From the NCBI GenBank assembly GCA_965198695.1, contig CBDAPW010000002.1, forward strand, positions 37,768 through 101,767: 64,000 nucleotides of DNA, in the 5' to 3' direction. Of this stretch, positions 35,806-45,304 are shown piece by piece. Position 1 is the stretch's first letter. Each line of letters begins with the position of its first letter. The translations under genes were made by a program, and so were the position numbers. The DNA comes from Solirubrobacteraceae bacterium. GTDB taxonomy: Bacteria > Actinomycetota > Thermoleophilia > Solirubrobacterales > Solirubrobacteraceae. The notes under the pieces are model-generated. The model saw nothing but the letters and a program-made list of their open reading frames with translations. It did not search any database and was not told the origin of the DNA.

Positions 35806-36500
35806 GCGGCCCGTTCGAAACGGTCGGCCGTGGCGTGGTCGTCTGCGGTGAGGACTCCCGAGGGGTCACAACGCGCCAAGGCAGCGGCGAACCGCGTGTC
35901 GGGCGCCTCGGCGGCGACGCGGTAGGCCTCTTGAATGGTGTCGACGTCGCGCAGATGACCGGTGGTGGCGACCGACAGTCCAAGCTCGCCGAAACGCTCG
36001 AGCTGGCGCTCGTAGGTCTGTTCGGTGCTCATGGGGACGCCGTCGAAGGCGCCGGTCACGTGGGCGTTGAAGCCCACGCACCAGTAGCCGCCGTCAAAGG
36101 TCGGGGCGATCACCGCGTCGATCCCGGGGCGGCGCAGCTGCGCCAGCGCGGCGGCGAGGTGCGCGGAGGTGAGCTGGGGGGTGTCCATGCCCACGAGCAG
36201 CGTGGGGCCGCGGTGGCCGGCGTCGAGGAACACGTCGGAGAAGGCGGCGGCGAGCCGCTCACCCAGGCCGTTCCCACGCTGGGTGAGGGTCACGAAGTCG
36301 GGCGGCGCCCAGGCGTCCGGATCGCCCTCGAACACGAGGATCCGGGACGCGGCGGGGGTGTTGGTGACCGCCGCGAGGGTGTCGCACAGCGCGGCGGCGG
36401 CCAGCTCCGCGGCCTGCTCGGGGGTGCACGGCGGACACAGCCGGGTCTTGACCCTCCCGGGAACCGGCTGCTTGGCGATGACCAGAAGAGCGGGATCCAC
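35802..36500 (-). CDS. DUF2064 / TIGR04282-type transferase (CofC-like fold)
   Basis: IAKQPVPGRVKTRL, QRGNGLGERL, LVGMDTPQL, DGGYW, LRDVDT. GTG 36500. Confidence 0.9.
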   Translation of the reverse strand: MDPALLVIAKQPVPGRVKTRLCPPCTPEQAAELAAAALCDTLAAVTNTPAASRILVFEGDPDAWAPPDFVTLTQRGNGLGERLAAAFSDVFLDAGHRGPTLLVGMDTPQLTSAHLAAALAQLRRPGIDAVIAPTFDGGYWCVGFNAHVTGAFDGVPMSTEQTYERQLERFGELGLSVATTGHLRDVDTIQEAYRVAAEAPDTRFAAALARCDPSGVLTADDHATADRFERAA

Positions 36501-36520
36501 GTGATCCCATTCAATGCCCG

Positions 36521-36565
36521 ATTCATTACGAAAGAAAAACACAGCGCTCTCATTCCTTACGAAAG
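36521..36565. promoter_or_regulatory. Direct repeat ATTC(A/C)TTACGAAAG x2 (31-bp period), probable response-regulator site
   Basis: 13/14 identity at 36521-36534 and 36552-36565 in an AT-rich divergent intergenic region. Confidence 0.6.
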
Positions 36566-36624
36566 GGAGACAGGAACGGATCAGAGGTCCAAATCCAACC
36601 GTCGCCGTGAGAGGCTCCGAGTCG

Positions 36625-37971
36625 GTGCCGATACCGCGCTCCCCCAACCTCACCTCCACCCTGGCGCGTCTGCGCCCCGATCCCGACCGGCCGCCCCCGG
36701 GTCCGTTCCGCCCCGGCTTCTGGCGCAGCCCGCTGCGTTCCCCGCGGCTCACCGCGATGCTCGGCCTGGTGCTGCTGATCGGGCTGCCGGTGGTGGCGGT
36801 CACCGGGCTGTTCTCCAACGACGCCTACCAGCCCGGGCTCGGCATGAACGCGTTGGGCCGCGACATCCACGGGCCCCTCGATATCTACCTGTTCGGCTGG
36901 CCCTCGGGCCCCACCTGGCTCTATGCCCTCAGCCAGGGCGCCCACGTGACCCTCGGCCTGGCGCTGTTCCCGGTGGTGCTGGCCAAGCTGTGGTCGGTCA
37001 TCCCCAAGTTGTTCGAGTGGCCACCGGTACGCAGCCCCGCCCATGCGCTGGAGCGCCTCACCCTGGCCTTCCTGGTCGGCGGGGCGCTGTTCGAGTTCGT
37101 CACCGGCATCCTCAACATCCAGTACTGGTACGCGTTCAAGTTCGACTTCCCCCAGGCCCACTACTACGGCGGCTGGGTGTTCATCGGTGCGCTGATCGCC
37201 CACATCAGCGTGAAGTTCCCCACCATGCGCCGCTCCCTGCGGACCCGCGAGGCGGTCCTGGCCGCCGCGGTCACCCCCACCGACGGCGACATGGCGCAGT
37301 GGGCACCGCCCGTCACGGTGGCGACCGCACACGACGGGTTGACCAGCCCGAACCCCCGGCCCCCGAGCATGTCCCGCCGGGCGCTGCTCGGTTCCGTCGG
37401 CGTCGCGTCGGGGATCCTCTTCCTCCAGGGCCTCGGCCAGTCCCTCGGCGGGCCGACACGGGTGCTCGCCTTCCTGCTCCCCCGCGGGGCCACCCGGCCG
37501 GGTCCGCTCGGCTTCCCGGTCAACCGGACCTGGGCGATCACCAAGCTGAAGACCAGCGTGGTGTCCGACGCCAACTGGAAGCTGACGGTCAGCGGCAAGC
37601 GCACGGTCAAGCTCAGCCGCGCCGAGCTGGCCGCCATGCCCCAGTACACCCATGCGCTGACCATCGGCTGTGTCGAGGGCTGGTCGACCACCCAGCACTG
37701 GACCGGGGTGCGCCTGGCCGACCTGGCCCGTCTGGTCGGCAGCGAGGTCGGCGCGGTCAGCGCGACGAACATCTCCCTGGCCGCGGGCGCCTACGGGCAG
37801 GCCACCCTCGCTCATGAGAATGTCGCCAACGAGCAGACCCTGGTGGCGCTCAAGGTCAACGGACGCACCCTGCCCCTTGACCACGGCTACCCGGCACGGA
37901 TCATCGCTCCGGCGATCCCGGGTGTTCACTGCACCAAGTGGCTGACCGAGATCCAGTTCCGGGAGGAGTGA
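36625..37971 (+). CDS. Membrane-anchored molybdopterin oxidoreductase (sulfite oxidase/MsrP-like)
   Basis: N-terminal TM helices with His residues, CVEGWS Mo-ligand Cys, DHGYPAR, KWL. Start approximate. Confidence 0.88.
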   Translation: MPIPRSPNLTSTLARLRPDPDRPPPGPFRPGFWRSPLRSPRLTAMLGLVLLIGLPVVAVTGLFSNDAYQPGLGMNALGRDIHGPLDIYLFGWPSGPTWLYALSQGAHVTLGLALFPVVLAKLWSVIPKLFEWPPVRSPAHALERLTLAFLVGGALFEFVTGILNIQYWYAFKFDFPQAHYYGGWVFIGALIAHISVKFPTMRRSLRTREAVLAAAVTPTDGDMAQWAPPVTVATAHDGLTSPNPRPPSMSRRALLGSVGVASGILFLQGLGQSLGGPTRVLAFLLPRGATRPGPLGFPVNRTWAITKLKTSVVSDANWKLTVSGKRTVKLSRAELAAMPQYTHALTIGCVEGWSTTQHWTGVRLADLARLVGSEVGAVSATNISLAAGAYGQATLAHENVANEQTLVALKVNGRTLPLDHGYPARIIAPAIPGVHCTKWLTEIQFREE

Positions 37972-38414
37972 GCGTGCGGCGAATCTGGCAGCGCTACGGA
38001 GCCGGGCCCGGCCATCTGCTCGCGAGCATCGCGAGTCTGGCCATCGCCGCGGCGGCGATCATCGGCTGGACCCAGCGACCCAAGGACCTCGAGTCGGTGC
38101 TCATCTGGTTCATCGCCGCGATCCTGCTCCACGACCTGGTGCTGCTGCCGATCTACTCACTCGCCGACCGGGTGACCATCGGCTTCCTGCCGCGCCGCGC
38201 CGCGGTGTACGTGCGGGTGCCGGCGCTGATCAGCCTGCTGCTGCTCGCCGCGGTGTTCCCCACCGTGCTCGGCTACGGGGCCCGCACCGAGCACAACGTC
38301 AGCGCCATCGTCGAACACGGCTACCTGGAGCGCTGGCTGATCCTCACCGGCGTGCTGTTCGCGCTGTCGGGGCTCGCCTACGCTCTTCGCGGACGCTTAT
38401 CCGGCGATCAGTAG
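37968..38414 (+). CDS. Small membrane protein coupled to the Mo-oxidoreductase
   Basis: GTGA overlap, about 4 TM helices, ILLHDLVLLPIY. Confidence 0.78.
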   Translation: MSVRRIWQRYGAGPGHLLASIASLAIAAAAIIGWTQRPKDLESVLIWFIAAILLHDLVLLPIYSLADRVTIGFLPRRAAVYVRVPALISLLLLAAVFPTVLGYGARTEHNVSAIVEHGYLERWLILTGVLFALSGLAYALRGRLSGDQ

Positions 38415-38425
38415 GGTTCCCAGCA

Positions 38426-39091
38426 GTGGTTGTCGCCCAGGCCGAGGGGTTGGTCAAGACCGTCGGCGAGGGACGCGCCGCGCGGCGCGTCCTCGATGGC
38501 ATCGACCTGTCCATCGAAACCGACGAGGTGGTCGCGGTGCTCGGGCGCTCGGGCACCGGCAAGTCGACGCTGATGCACCTGCTCGGCGGCCTCGACATCC
38601 CCGACGCCGGTCAGATCAGCATCGCCGGGGAACGCCTCACCGGCCGTCGTCCCCAGCTCCAGGACCGCATCCGCCTGCGCCACATCGGCTTCGTCTTCCA
38701 GCAGTTCCAGCTCATCGAGGAACTCACCGGCCGCGAGAACGTGCTCGTGCCCACGCGACTGCCCGGGGCACCGGCGGGCGGCGCCCAGCGGGCCGCCCAG
38801 CTGATCGCCGACCTCGGCCTCGCACCGGTCGCCGACCATCGGCCCCACGAGCTGTCGGGCGGTGAGCAGCAGCGCTTCGCCATCGCGCGGGCACTGGTCA
38901 ACGACCCCCAGCTCATCCTCGCCGACGAGCCGACCGGCAGCCTCGACGCCGACAACGGGGCAATCGTCCTCGAGCTGCTCTCCAACCTGCCCGGGCGCGC
39001 GGTGATGCTGGTCACCCACGAGGTCGAATCCGCGGCGATCGCCGACCGGGTGCTCACCCTCGAGGACGGCGCGCTGGTGCGAAGTCGATGA
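38426..39091 (+). CDS. ABC transporter ATP-binding protein (LolD/MacB-like)
   Basis: GRSGTGKST, LSGGEQQR, ILADEPTGSLD, VTHE. Confidence 0.95.
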   Translation: MVVAQAEGLVKTVGEGRAARRVLDGIDLSIETDEVVAVLGRSGTGKSTLMHLLGGLDIPDAGQISIAGERLTGRRPQLQDRIRLRHIGFVFQQFQLIEELTGRENVLVPTRLPGAPAGGAQRAAQLIADLGLAPVADHRPHELSGGEQQRFAIARALVNDPQLILADEPTGSLDADNGAIVLELLSNLPGRAVMLVTHEVESAAIADRVLTLEDGALVRSR

Positions 39092-41397
39092 TCGCCGGAG
39101 TCGGGCGGCTCGGCGGCGCGCTGACCGACGCGCGCCAGATGCTGCGCACGCGCCGGCGCCGGACCCTGCTCAGTGCCGTCGGCGTGGTGCTGGCGGGCGC
39201 GATGCTGTCGGCGGCCATCGTCATCGCCGACGGACTCGGCGACGGCTTCAGTCGCGCCGCGCACAAGGCCGACCTGGGTGACCTGATCGTGCGCTTCGAT
39301 CCCGAGTCGACGTCGCTGGTGACCAAGCGGCTGGACGCCCTGCCGGATCTGTCGGGCTTCGCCCTGCGCAACGAGGTGACGAGCGTCGGGGTGCGCTTCG
39401 GCGGGCACTCGGCCAAGACGGCGGTGGCCGAGGTGATCGGTTCGGGCGCTCGCCAGGGCTACGCGGTGGTGGCCGGCCACAACCTCAGCGGCGGCGGGCA
39501 CGACATCCTCGTCGAGCCGGCCTGGGCGTCGGCCTGGAAGATCTCCATCGGCGACTCGATCGACGTCGGCGGACTGGGCCCCGAGCGGGTCGTCGGCTAT
39601 GCCGAGGGACCCGATGACGTCGGCTATCCGTTGGGCGCGCCGCGCTTCTATCTGTCCGAGGGCCAGATCAACGCGCGCTTCGGGGTGCAGAAGAACCCCC
39701 GGGTCAACTTCGCCGAGGTGTGGCTGAACAACCCCAAGTACGTCAGCCAGGTGCTCGTTCAGGCGCGCGATGAGAGCTTCGGCCTCCATGACCTGCAGTT
39801 CGCCACGCGGGCCGGTGTGCAGGTGCTGATCAGCCAGGCGGCGGGGATCGTCATCGACCTGCTCGTCGCCCTGTCGGTGATCGCCCTGGCCACCGCCGCG
39901 GTGCTGCTCGCCTCCTCGGCCCGGGCCGAGGTGCAGCGCCGCCTGCGCTCGATCGGCATCCGTCGCGCGGTCGGCGCCACCCGACGCCAAGTCGCGTTCA
40001 CCCAGGGGGTGGAGGCGGCGATCGTCGCGGTCCCCGCGGCCACCCTCGGGGTGCTCATCGGCTACCTGGTCACCGACGGTCCGGGCAACCGGCTGCTCGG
40101 CCTGCTCAACCAGCCCGGTCCCGGCAGCGCCCTCATCCTGCCCCTCCTCGCCGGCTGGGCCGTGGCCGTGGCCGTGCCGGTGCTCGGCGCGGCGTGGCCG
40201 GCGTGGTCGGCGGCGGGACGCGGGGTGCTCACCCTCCTGCGCGGCGCCGATGTGGCCCGCCGCGGCAAGCGCCGAGGCTCCGCGACGACCAGCGGCGGAG
40301 GCTTCGAGCGCGGTGGGCTGGCTCTGCTCGGCGCCCGGCTGCAGACCGCCCGACGTGCCCGCCTGATCGCCACGATCACCATGCTCACCTGCTCCACCGC
40401 CTTCGTCCTGCTGCTCATCGCGCTGGCGGGAACGCTCAGCTCGCTGGAGACCGACCCCCAGGTGCTCGGCAAGCACTACGAGCTGACCGCCTCGGACCCT
40501 CCCGCCGAGGCGGCCCGGATCGCGACGCTGCCGGGCGTGGCGGCCGCCGCCCCGCGCTATGAGGTCCACGCCGTCGACGGCTACTCCCTCGGTGAGCTGA
40601 TCGACGTGATCGCCTATCCGGGCAACCACGTCCCCTTCGAGTCCCCGGCACTCGATTCGGGTCACCACCTCCAGGGCGATGATGAGGCCGAGGTCGGCGT
40701 GGGGCTGGCCAACGCGCTCGGCTTGGCGCCGGGCTCGGGCCTGCTCATGGAGCTGCCCAACGGCAAGCAGCTCAGCCTCAAGGTGTCGGGCACCGTCAGC
40801 TCGCTGGCCTATCAGGGCCTGGTCGCCTACATCCCGGCCTCGGCGCTGCTGGCCGCCGATCCCAGCGCGAGTGAGAGCATCGCCATCCTGCTCAAGCCCA
40901 AGGCCGACCAGGCCACGGTCATCTCAGAGCTGCGGGCGATCGGCGCGCACCCCAACATCGCCTCGGGGGCGGTCGCCCGCGGGGCGCCGCTGGTGGCGGT
41001 GCTCAAGACGATCCTCATCGCCATCGCGATCGTAGACGGGCTGGTGTGCATCTACGCCCTCGTCCAGGCCTGCGCGCTGACCATGCAGGAGCGTCGACGC
41101 ACCGTCGCGGTGCTGCGCGCGACCGGCGCGGACGCCGGGGCGATCCGACGCCTGCTCGGCGGGGCGGTGCTCGCGCTCATCGCTCCGGCGGCGCTGATCG
41201 GGGTGCTGGTGGAATGGCTGGCCTTGGGGCCAGCCCTGTCGAAGCTGGCGGCCAGCTACGCCACACTCGATCTCAACCCCACGCTCACCGAGCTCGCCGC
41301 CGTGGTCATCGGCCTCGCCCTGTCCGGTGTCGCCGCCGTGTTCTGGGTGACGCGCAGCGCGGTCCGCGAACCGGTGGTCAAGGGGCTGGCGGGATGA
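39088..41397 (+). CDS. FtsX/MacB-like ABC permease (duplicated architecture)
   Basis: Two repeats of an extracytoplasmic domain followed by RRLRSIGIRRAVGA and ERRRTVAVLRATGA TM blocks. Confidence 0.88.
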   Translation: MIAGVGRLGGALTDARQMLRTRRRRTLLSAVGVVLAGAMLSAAIVIADGLGDGFSRAAHKADLGDLIVRFDPESTSLVTKRLDALPDLSGFALRNEVTSVGVRFGGHSAKTAVAEVIGSGARQGYAVVAGHNLSGGGHDILVEPAWASAWKISIGDSIDVGGLGPERVVGYAEGPDDVGYPLGAPRFYLSEGQINARFGVQKNPRVNFAEVWLNNPKYVSQVLVQARDESFGLHDLQFATRAGVQVLISQAAGIVIDLLVALSVIALATAAVLLASSARAEVQRRLRSIGIRRAVGATRRQVAFTQGVEAAIVAVPAATLGVLIGYLVTDGPGNRLLGLLNQPGPGSALILPLLAGWAVAVAVPVLGAAWPAWSAAGRGVLTLLRGADVARRGKRRGSATTSGGGFERGGLALLGARLQTARRARLIATITMLTCSTAFVLLLIALAGTLSSLETDPQVLGKHYELTASDPPAEAARIATLPGVAAAAPRYEVHAVDGYSLGELIDVIAYPGNHVPFESPALDSGHHLQGDDEAEVGVGLANALGLAPGSGLLMELPNGKQLSLKVSGTVSSLAYQGLVAYIPASALLAADPSASESIAILLKPKADQATVISELRAIGAHPNIASGAVARGAPLVAVLKTILIAIAIVDGLVCIYALVQACALTMQERRRTVAVLRATGADAGAIRRLLGGAVLALIAPAALIGVLVEWLALGPALSKLAASYATLDLNPTLTELAAVVIGLALSGVAAVFWVTRSAVREPVVKGLAG

Positions 41398-42956
41398 CCC
41401 GGGGTGGATCGGACGGGCGGCGGTCGGGCGGCCTGAACCGCCGGGAGCTGCTGGTCGCCGGGGCGGTCGGCGCCGGTGCGCTCGCGCTGGCCGGCTGTGG
41501 CGGCCCGGGCGCTGTCGTGGCCGGCGACGGCTCGACGCTGAAGGCCCGCTGGGTCGACCCGAGCGGGGACGGCCAGCTGACCCTCGGCTCCGGTGAGGCG
41601 CTGGTCAACCGCACCGAGCTCGGCGCCGCCCGGGCGCTCACCGGCGAGCTGGCCCGGCTCGCCCACGTCACCGACGCCCACGTCATGGACGCCTCCTCAC
41701 CCGCCCGCGTGCCGTTCCTGGCCCGGCTCGGCCCGCCGGTGCAGTCGACCTTCCGTCCCCACGAGACGCTGACCACCCAGGTCCTGTCCGGTGCCGTCAA
41801 CGCGATCCGGGCGCTCAAACCCCAACTGGTGATCCAGGGTGGCGACCTGGTCGACAACGACCAGAACAACGAGCTCGCCCACGCGCTGGCGCTGCTGGCC
41901 GGCGGGCGGGTCCGCCCGGGCAGCGGGGCCGACGGGTACTACGGCGTGCAGCTGCCCTCGGACCCCGACCCGTTCTACTACCGCCCCGCGATCGACGCGC
42001 CGCGCCACCCGGGGATGCTCAACGCGGCGGTGCGGCCGTTCCGCTCCGCCGGACTCGGAGTGGAGTGGCTGCCGGTGCTCGGCGACCACGACGGGCTGGT
42101 GGCCGGCGAGCTCGTCCCCGACGCCCAGACCCAGGCGCTGGCGACCGGGGACCGGGCGCTGTGGGAGCTGCCGACCAACCTCAAGCTGCCCGACGGCTTT
42201 CGGCTCAACCCGAGCAACTCGCCCGACGGTCCCCCGGACCCCTCCTTCGTCCAGTCCTTCCTCGCCCAGGCGCTCGCCGGACCGACGGTCAAGGTCCCCG
42301 CCGACCCCGCGCGCTATGAGCTCAGCTTTCCCGAGATGATCGGGCGCCTGTGGCGCGGCGCCGGAGTGGCGCACCAGAGCGGCGTCTCGGCTGCGAGCTC
42401 CGCGACGGCGTCTCAACGCCTCGACTACGTGCGTGACGTCGGCGCCTCGCTGCGGGTCATCGTGCTCGACCTGGTGCGCCGCGGCGGCGGCTCGGGCGGA
42501 CAGGTCGTCGGCGGACAGTCGGCCTGGCTGGCCCAGCAGATCGCCTCGGCGGGGCAGCGCTGGATCATCGTGGTCACCCACTTTCCGTTGGTGTCGGCCT
42601 CCGGCGGCGCGCAGCTGCTCGACGTGATGGACCGCGCCCCGCGGGTGGTGGCCGCCCTGGCCGGCCACATCCACCGCAACCAGATCGTCGCGCGCAAGAC
42701 CGCCGCGGGGGGCTACTGGCTGATCACCACCGCGTCGCTGATCGATTTCCCCCAGCAGGCCCGGGGCCTCAGCGTGATGTCCACCGCTGACGGTGGGGTG
42801 GCCCTGGAGACCTGGATGCTCGACCACGTCGGCGCCGGCACGCTGGGCACGATCAGCCGCCAGCTGTCCTACCTCGACGCCCAGGGCGGCCGGGCCAACG
42901 GCTTCAGCGGCGCCGCGACCGACCGCAACGTCCGCTTGTTCCGCGCTCCCGTGTGA
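41394..42956 (+). CDS. Tat-exported lipoprotein metallophosphoesterase (TIGR03767-like)
   Basis: NRRELL twin-Arg, LAGC lipobox, TDAH, GGDLVDN, GDHD, AGHIHRN. Confidence 0.82.
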   Translation: MTRGGSDGRRSGGLNRRELLVAGAVGAGALALAGCGGPGAVVAGDGSTLKARWVDPSGDGQLTLGSGEALVNRTELGAARALTGELARLAHVTDAHVMDASSPARVPFLARLGPPVQSTFRPHETLTTQVLSGAVNAIRALKPQLVIQGGDLVDNDQNNELAHALALLAGGRVRPGSGADGYYGVQLPSDPDPFYYRPAIDAPRHPGMLNAAVRPFRSAGLGVEWLPVLGDHDGLVAGELVPDAQTQALATGDRALWELPTNLKLPDGFRLNPSNSPDGPPDPSFVQSFLAQALAGPTVKVPADPARYELSFPEMIGRLWRGAGVAHQSGVSAASSATASQRLDYVRDVGASLRVIVLDLVRRGGGSGGQVVGGQSAWLAQQIASAGQRWIIVVTHFPLVSASGGAQLLDVMDRAPRVVAALAGHIHRNQIVARKTAAGGYWLITTASLIDFPQQARGLSVMSTADGGVALETWMLDHVGAGTLGTISRQLSYLDAQGGRANGFSGAATDRNVRLFRAPV

Positions 42957-43035
42957 GGCACAGGTTTAACCCCACCGGGTGACGGGGGTGTGAGAATGTG
43001 CCGCGGGGTCTGATCACATTCATCAAGGGGGGGCT

Positions 43036-43455
43036 ATGCCGGACTTCGATGGGCTGTCACGCACGGACTTGACGCGGATCGGCGCCGCGGTCGTCTTCTT
43101 CATCGCGTCGTTCCTGCCGTTCGTCGGGGTCAGCGTGGGCGGACTCGGCGGGGGCTTCAGGATCTCGGTGTCGATCGACGCCTGGCACAGCTTCGCCCTG
43201 CTCGGCGTGCTGCTCGTGCTCGTGGCCATGGTGGCCTGGGCACTGCAGCGCTTCAGCAGTGTCGAGCTGCCGGCCGGACGGGTGGACTGGGCGGTGGCGA
43301 TCCCCGCCGTCGCCGCGATCGGCACCGCGCTGATCGCCCTGCGGGCCATCACCTACGGCAGCGGCATCGGCCTGCGCTACGGCGCCGTGCTCGTCGTCAT
43401 CGCGGGGATCGTCTTCGTCGCCTCGACCTATCAGCGCCGCGGCGCTTCGGTCTGA
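43036..43455 (+). CDS. Small membrane protein (about 4 TM), unknown function
   Basis: Hydrophobic ORF with a GGGG-type RBS and coding-like codon usage. Confidence 0.75.
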   Translation: MPDFDGLSRTDLTRIGAAVVFFIASFLPFVGVSVGGLGGGFRISVSIDAWHSFALLGVLLVLVAMVAWALQRFSSVELPAGRVDWAVAIPAVAAIGTALIALRAITYGSGIGLRYGAVLVVIAGIVFVASTYQRRGASV

Positions 43456-43459
43456 GGAC

Positions 43460-44113
43460 TCAGGACAGCCCGGCGAGCAGGCGCGACATGTCCCGGGCGG
43501 CGCGCAGCGTGCCGGTCACGCTGCCGCTGACCTTGGACTCCCCGCCGGCCCGCACCCGGTAGCGCACCGGGGTCTCCTCGAGGCGCCATCCGGCCGCCGC
43601 CGCGGCCAGGACCATCTCCAGCGGCCAGCCGAAGGCGCGGTCGCGGAGTCCGAGCGCCAGCAGCGCCTCACGACCGCCACAGCGCATCGGTCCGAGGTCG
43701 GTCAGCTTCGTCCCGGCGCGTCGGGTCAGCTCCCAGGCGATGAAGCGGTTGGCCATGCGTGCGTGGATCGGCCAGGCGCCGGGGTCGGGCCGCCGAGCCC
43801 CCATGACCAGGTCAGCCGCACCGGCTGCCACCGGGCCGCTCACCCGCGGCAGCTCGGCCGGGTCGAGGGAGCCGTCGGCGTCCATGAAGCAGACCAGATC
43901 GCTGCGCGCCGCGCTGAGCCCGGCGAAGCAGGCCGAGCCGAACCCGCGCCGCGGTTCTGAGACCACCCGGGCACCGAGCCGACGGGCCACCGCGGCGGAT
44001 CCGTCGTCGGAGCCGTTGTCGACCACCAGGGGCTCGTAGCCGGCGGGAAAGCCCTCCAGCGCATGGGGCAGGGCCTCGGCCTCGTTGAGTACGGGGAGGA
44101 TGACCTCGATCAT
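43460..44113 (-). CDS. Glycosyltransferase family 2 (polyprenol-phosphate sugar synthase-like)
   Basis: ILPVLNEA, VVDNGSDDGS, FMDADGS, DLGPMR, GWPLEM, SKVSG. Confidence 0.93.
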   Translation of the reverse strand: MIEVILPVLNEAEALPHALEGFPAGYEPLVVDNGSDDGSAAVARRLGARVVSEPRRGFGSACFAGLSAARSDLVCFMDADGSLDPAELPRVSGPVAAGAADLVMGARRPDPGAWPIHARMANRFIAWELTRRAGTKLTDLGPMRCGGREALLALGLRDRAFGWPLEMVLAAAAAGWRLEETPVRYRVRAGGESKVSGSVTGTLRAARDMSRLLAGLS

Positions 44114-44203
44114 GGCGCCCGAGACTAGTGCCCTGCGGCAGGACACCAGCTGTGAGTGGGCGGTGCGGATTGTGGCCCCATGCGATCACTTTCCGCGTCG
44201 AAG

Positions 44204-44212
44204 TCCTTACGA
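44204..44212. promoter_or_regulatory. TCCTTACGA motif identical to 36554-36562
   Basis: Located in the second divergent promoter of the same cluster. Confidence 0.45.
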
Positions 44213-44263
44213 CTTGAGAAAACCGGGGCGTGACGCGGGCATTGGGTCTACGGTTTGGTCGCG

Positions 44264-45304
44264 ATGATCCTCGTCACCGGCGGCGCCGGCTTCATCGGCT
44301 CACACATCGTCGACCTCCTCATCGAGGCCGGTCAACCCGTGCGGGTGCTCGATGCGGTCCTCGCCAGCGCCCACCGTGAGACCCCGGAGGTCAACCCCGG
44401 CGCCGAGCTGGTCATCGGCGACGTGCGTGACCCCGAGGTCGTGGCCGGCGTGCTCGACGGGGTGACCGCGGTGTGTCACCAGGCGGCCATGGTCGGCCTC
44501 GGCGTCGACATCCTCGACATGCCGAGCTACGTCGGGCACAACGATCTCGGCACCGCCGTGCTGCTGGCCGAGCTGGCGCGCGCCAGCTTCGCCGGGCGCG
44601 TCGTGCTCGCCTCGAGCATGGTGGTCTACGGCGAGGGCCGCTACCGCTGTGAGGAGCACGGTCTCGTCGCCCCGCCGGCGCGTGAGGTCGCCGCGCTCGA
44701 GGCGGGGGACTTCGAGGTGGCCTGCCCGGAGTGTGGCCGGCCACTGCGTCCCGAGCCGATCCCCGAGAGCGCGGCGGTCGATCCGCGCAACGTGTACGCG
44801 GCGACCAAGTTGCACCAGGAGCACCTCGCCTTCAGCTTCTCGCGGGAGACCGGGGTGCCGGTCACCGCACTGCGCTACCACAACGTCTATGGCCCGCGGA
44901 TGCCCCGCGACACCCCCTACGCGGGGGTTGCCTCGATCTTTCGCAGCGCCCTGGCCGGCGGCGTCGCCCCCCGCGTGTATGAGGACGGTGGTCAGCTGCG
45001 CGACTTCATCCACGTCCACGACGTCGCCCGCGCCAACCTGCTCGCCCTCACCGCCGAGGCGCCGGTGAGCGGCAGCTTCAACGTCGCCACCGGCCACCCG
45101 GCCAGCGTGCTCGACATGGCCCGGGCGCTGGCCGCCGCCTTCCCCGGCGACCTCGAACCCGAGGTGACCGGGCAGTTCCGCCTGGGGGACGTCCGCCACG
45201 TCTTCGCCTCAGCCGATCTCGCCCGCGAGCGGCTCGGCTTCAGCGCCGAGATCGGCTTCAGCGAGGGGATGCGCGAGTTCGCCGACGCGCCGTTGCGCGC
45301 ATGA
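44264..45304 (+). CDS. NAD-dependent epimerase/dehydratase
   Basis: TGGAGFIGS, HQAA, ASSMVVYG, YAATK, LRYHNVYGP, RDFIHV, GDVRH. Confidence 0.94.
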   Translation: MILVTGGAGFIGSHIVDLLIEAGQPVRVLDAVLASAHRETPEVNPGAELVIGDVRDPEVVAGVLDGVTAVCHQAAMVGLGVDILDMPSYVGHNDLGTAVLLAELARASFAGRVVLASSMVVYGEGRYRCEEHGLVAPPAREVAALEAGDFEVACPECGRPLRPEPIPESAAVDPRNVYAATKLHQEHLAFSFSRETGVPVTALRYHNVYGPRMPRDTPYAGVASIFRSALAGGVAPRVYEDGGQLRDFIHVHDVARANLLALTAEAPVSGSFNVATGHPASVLDMARALAAAFPGDLEPEVTGQFRLGDVRHVFASADLARERLGFSAEIGFSEGMREFADAPLRA

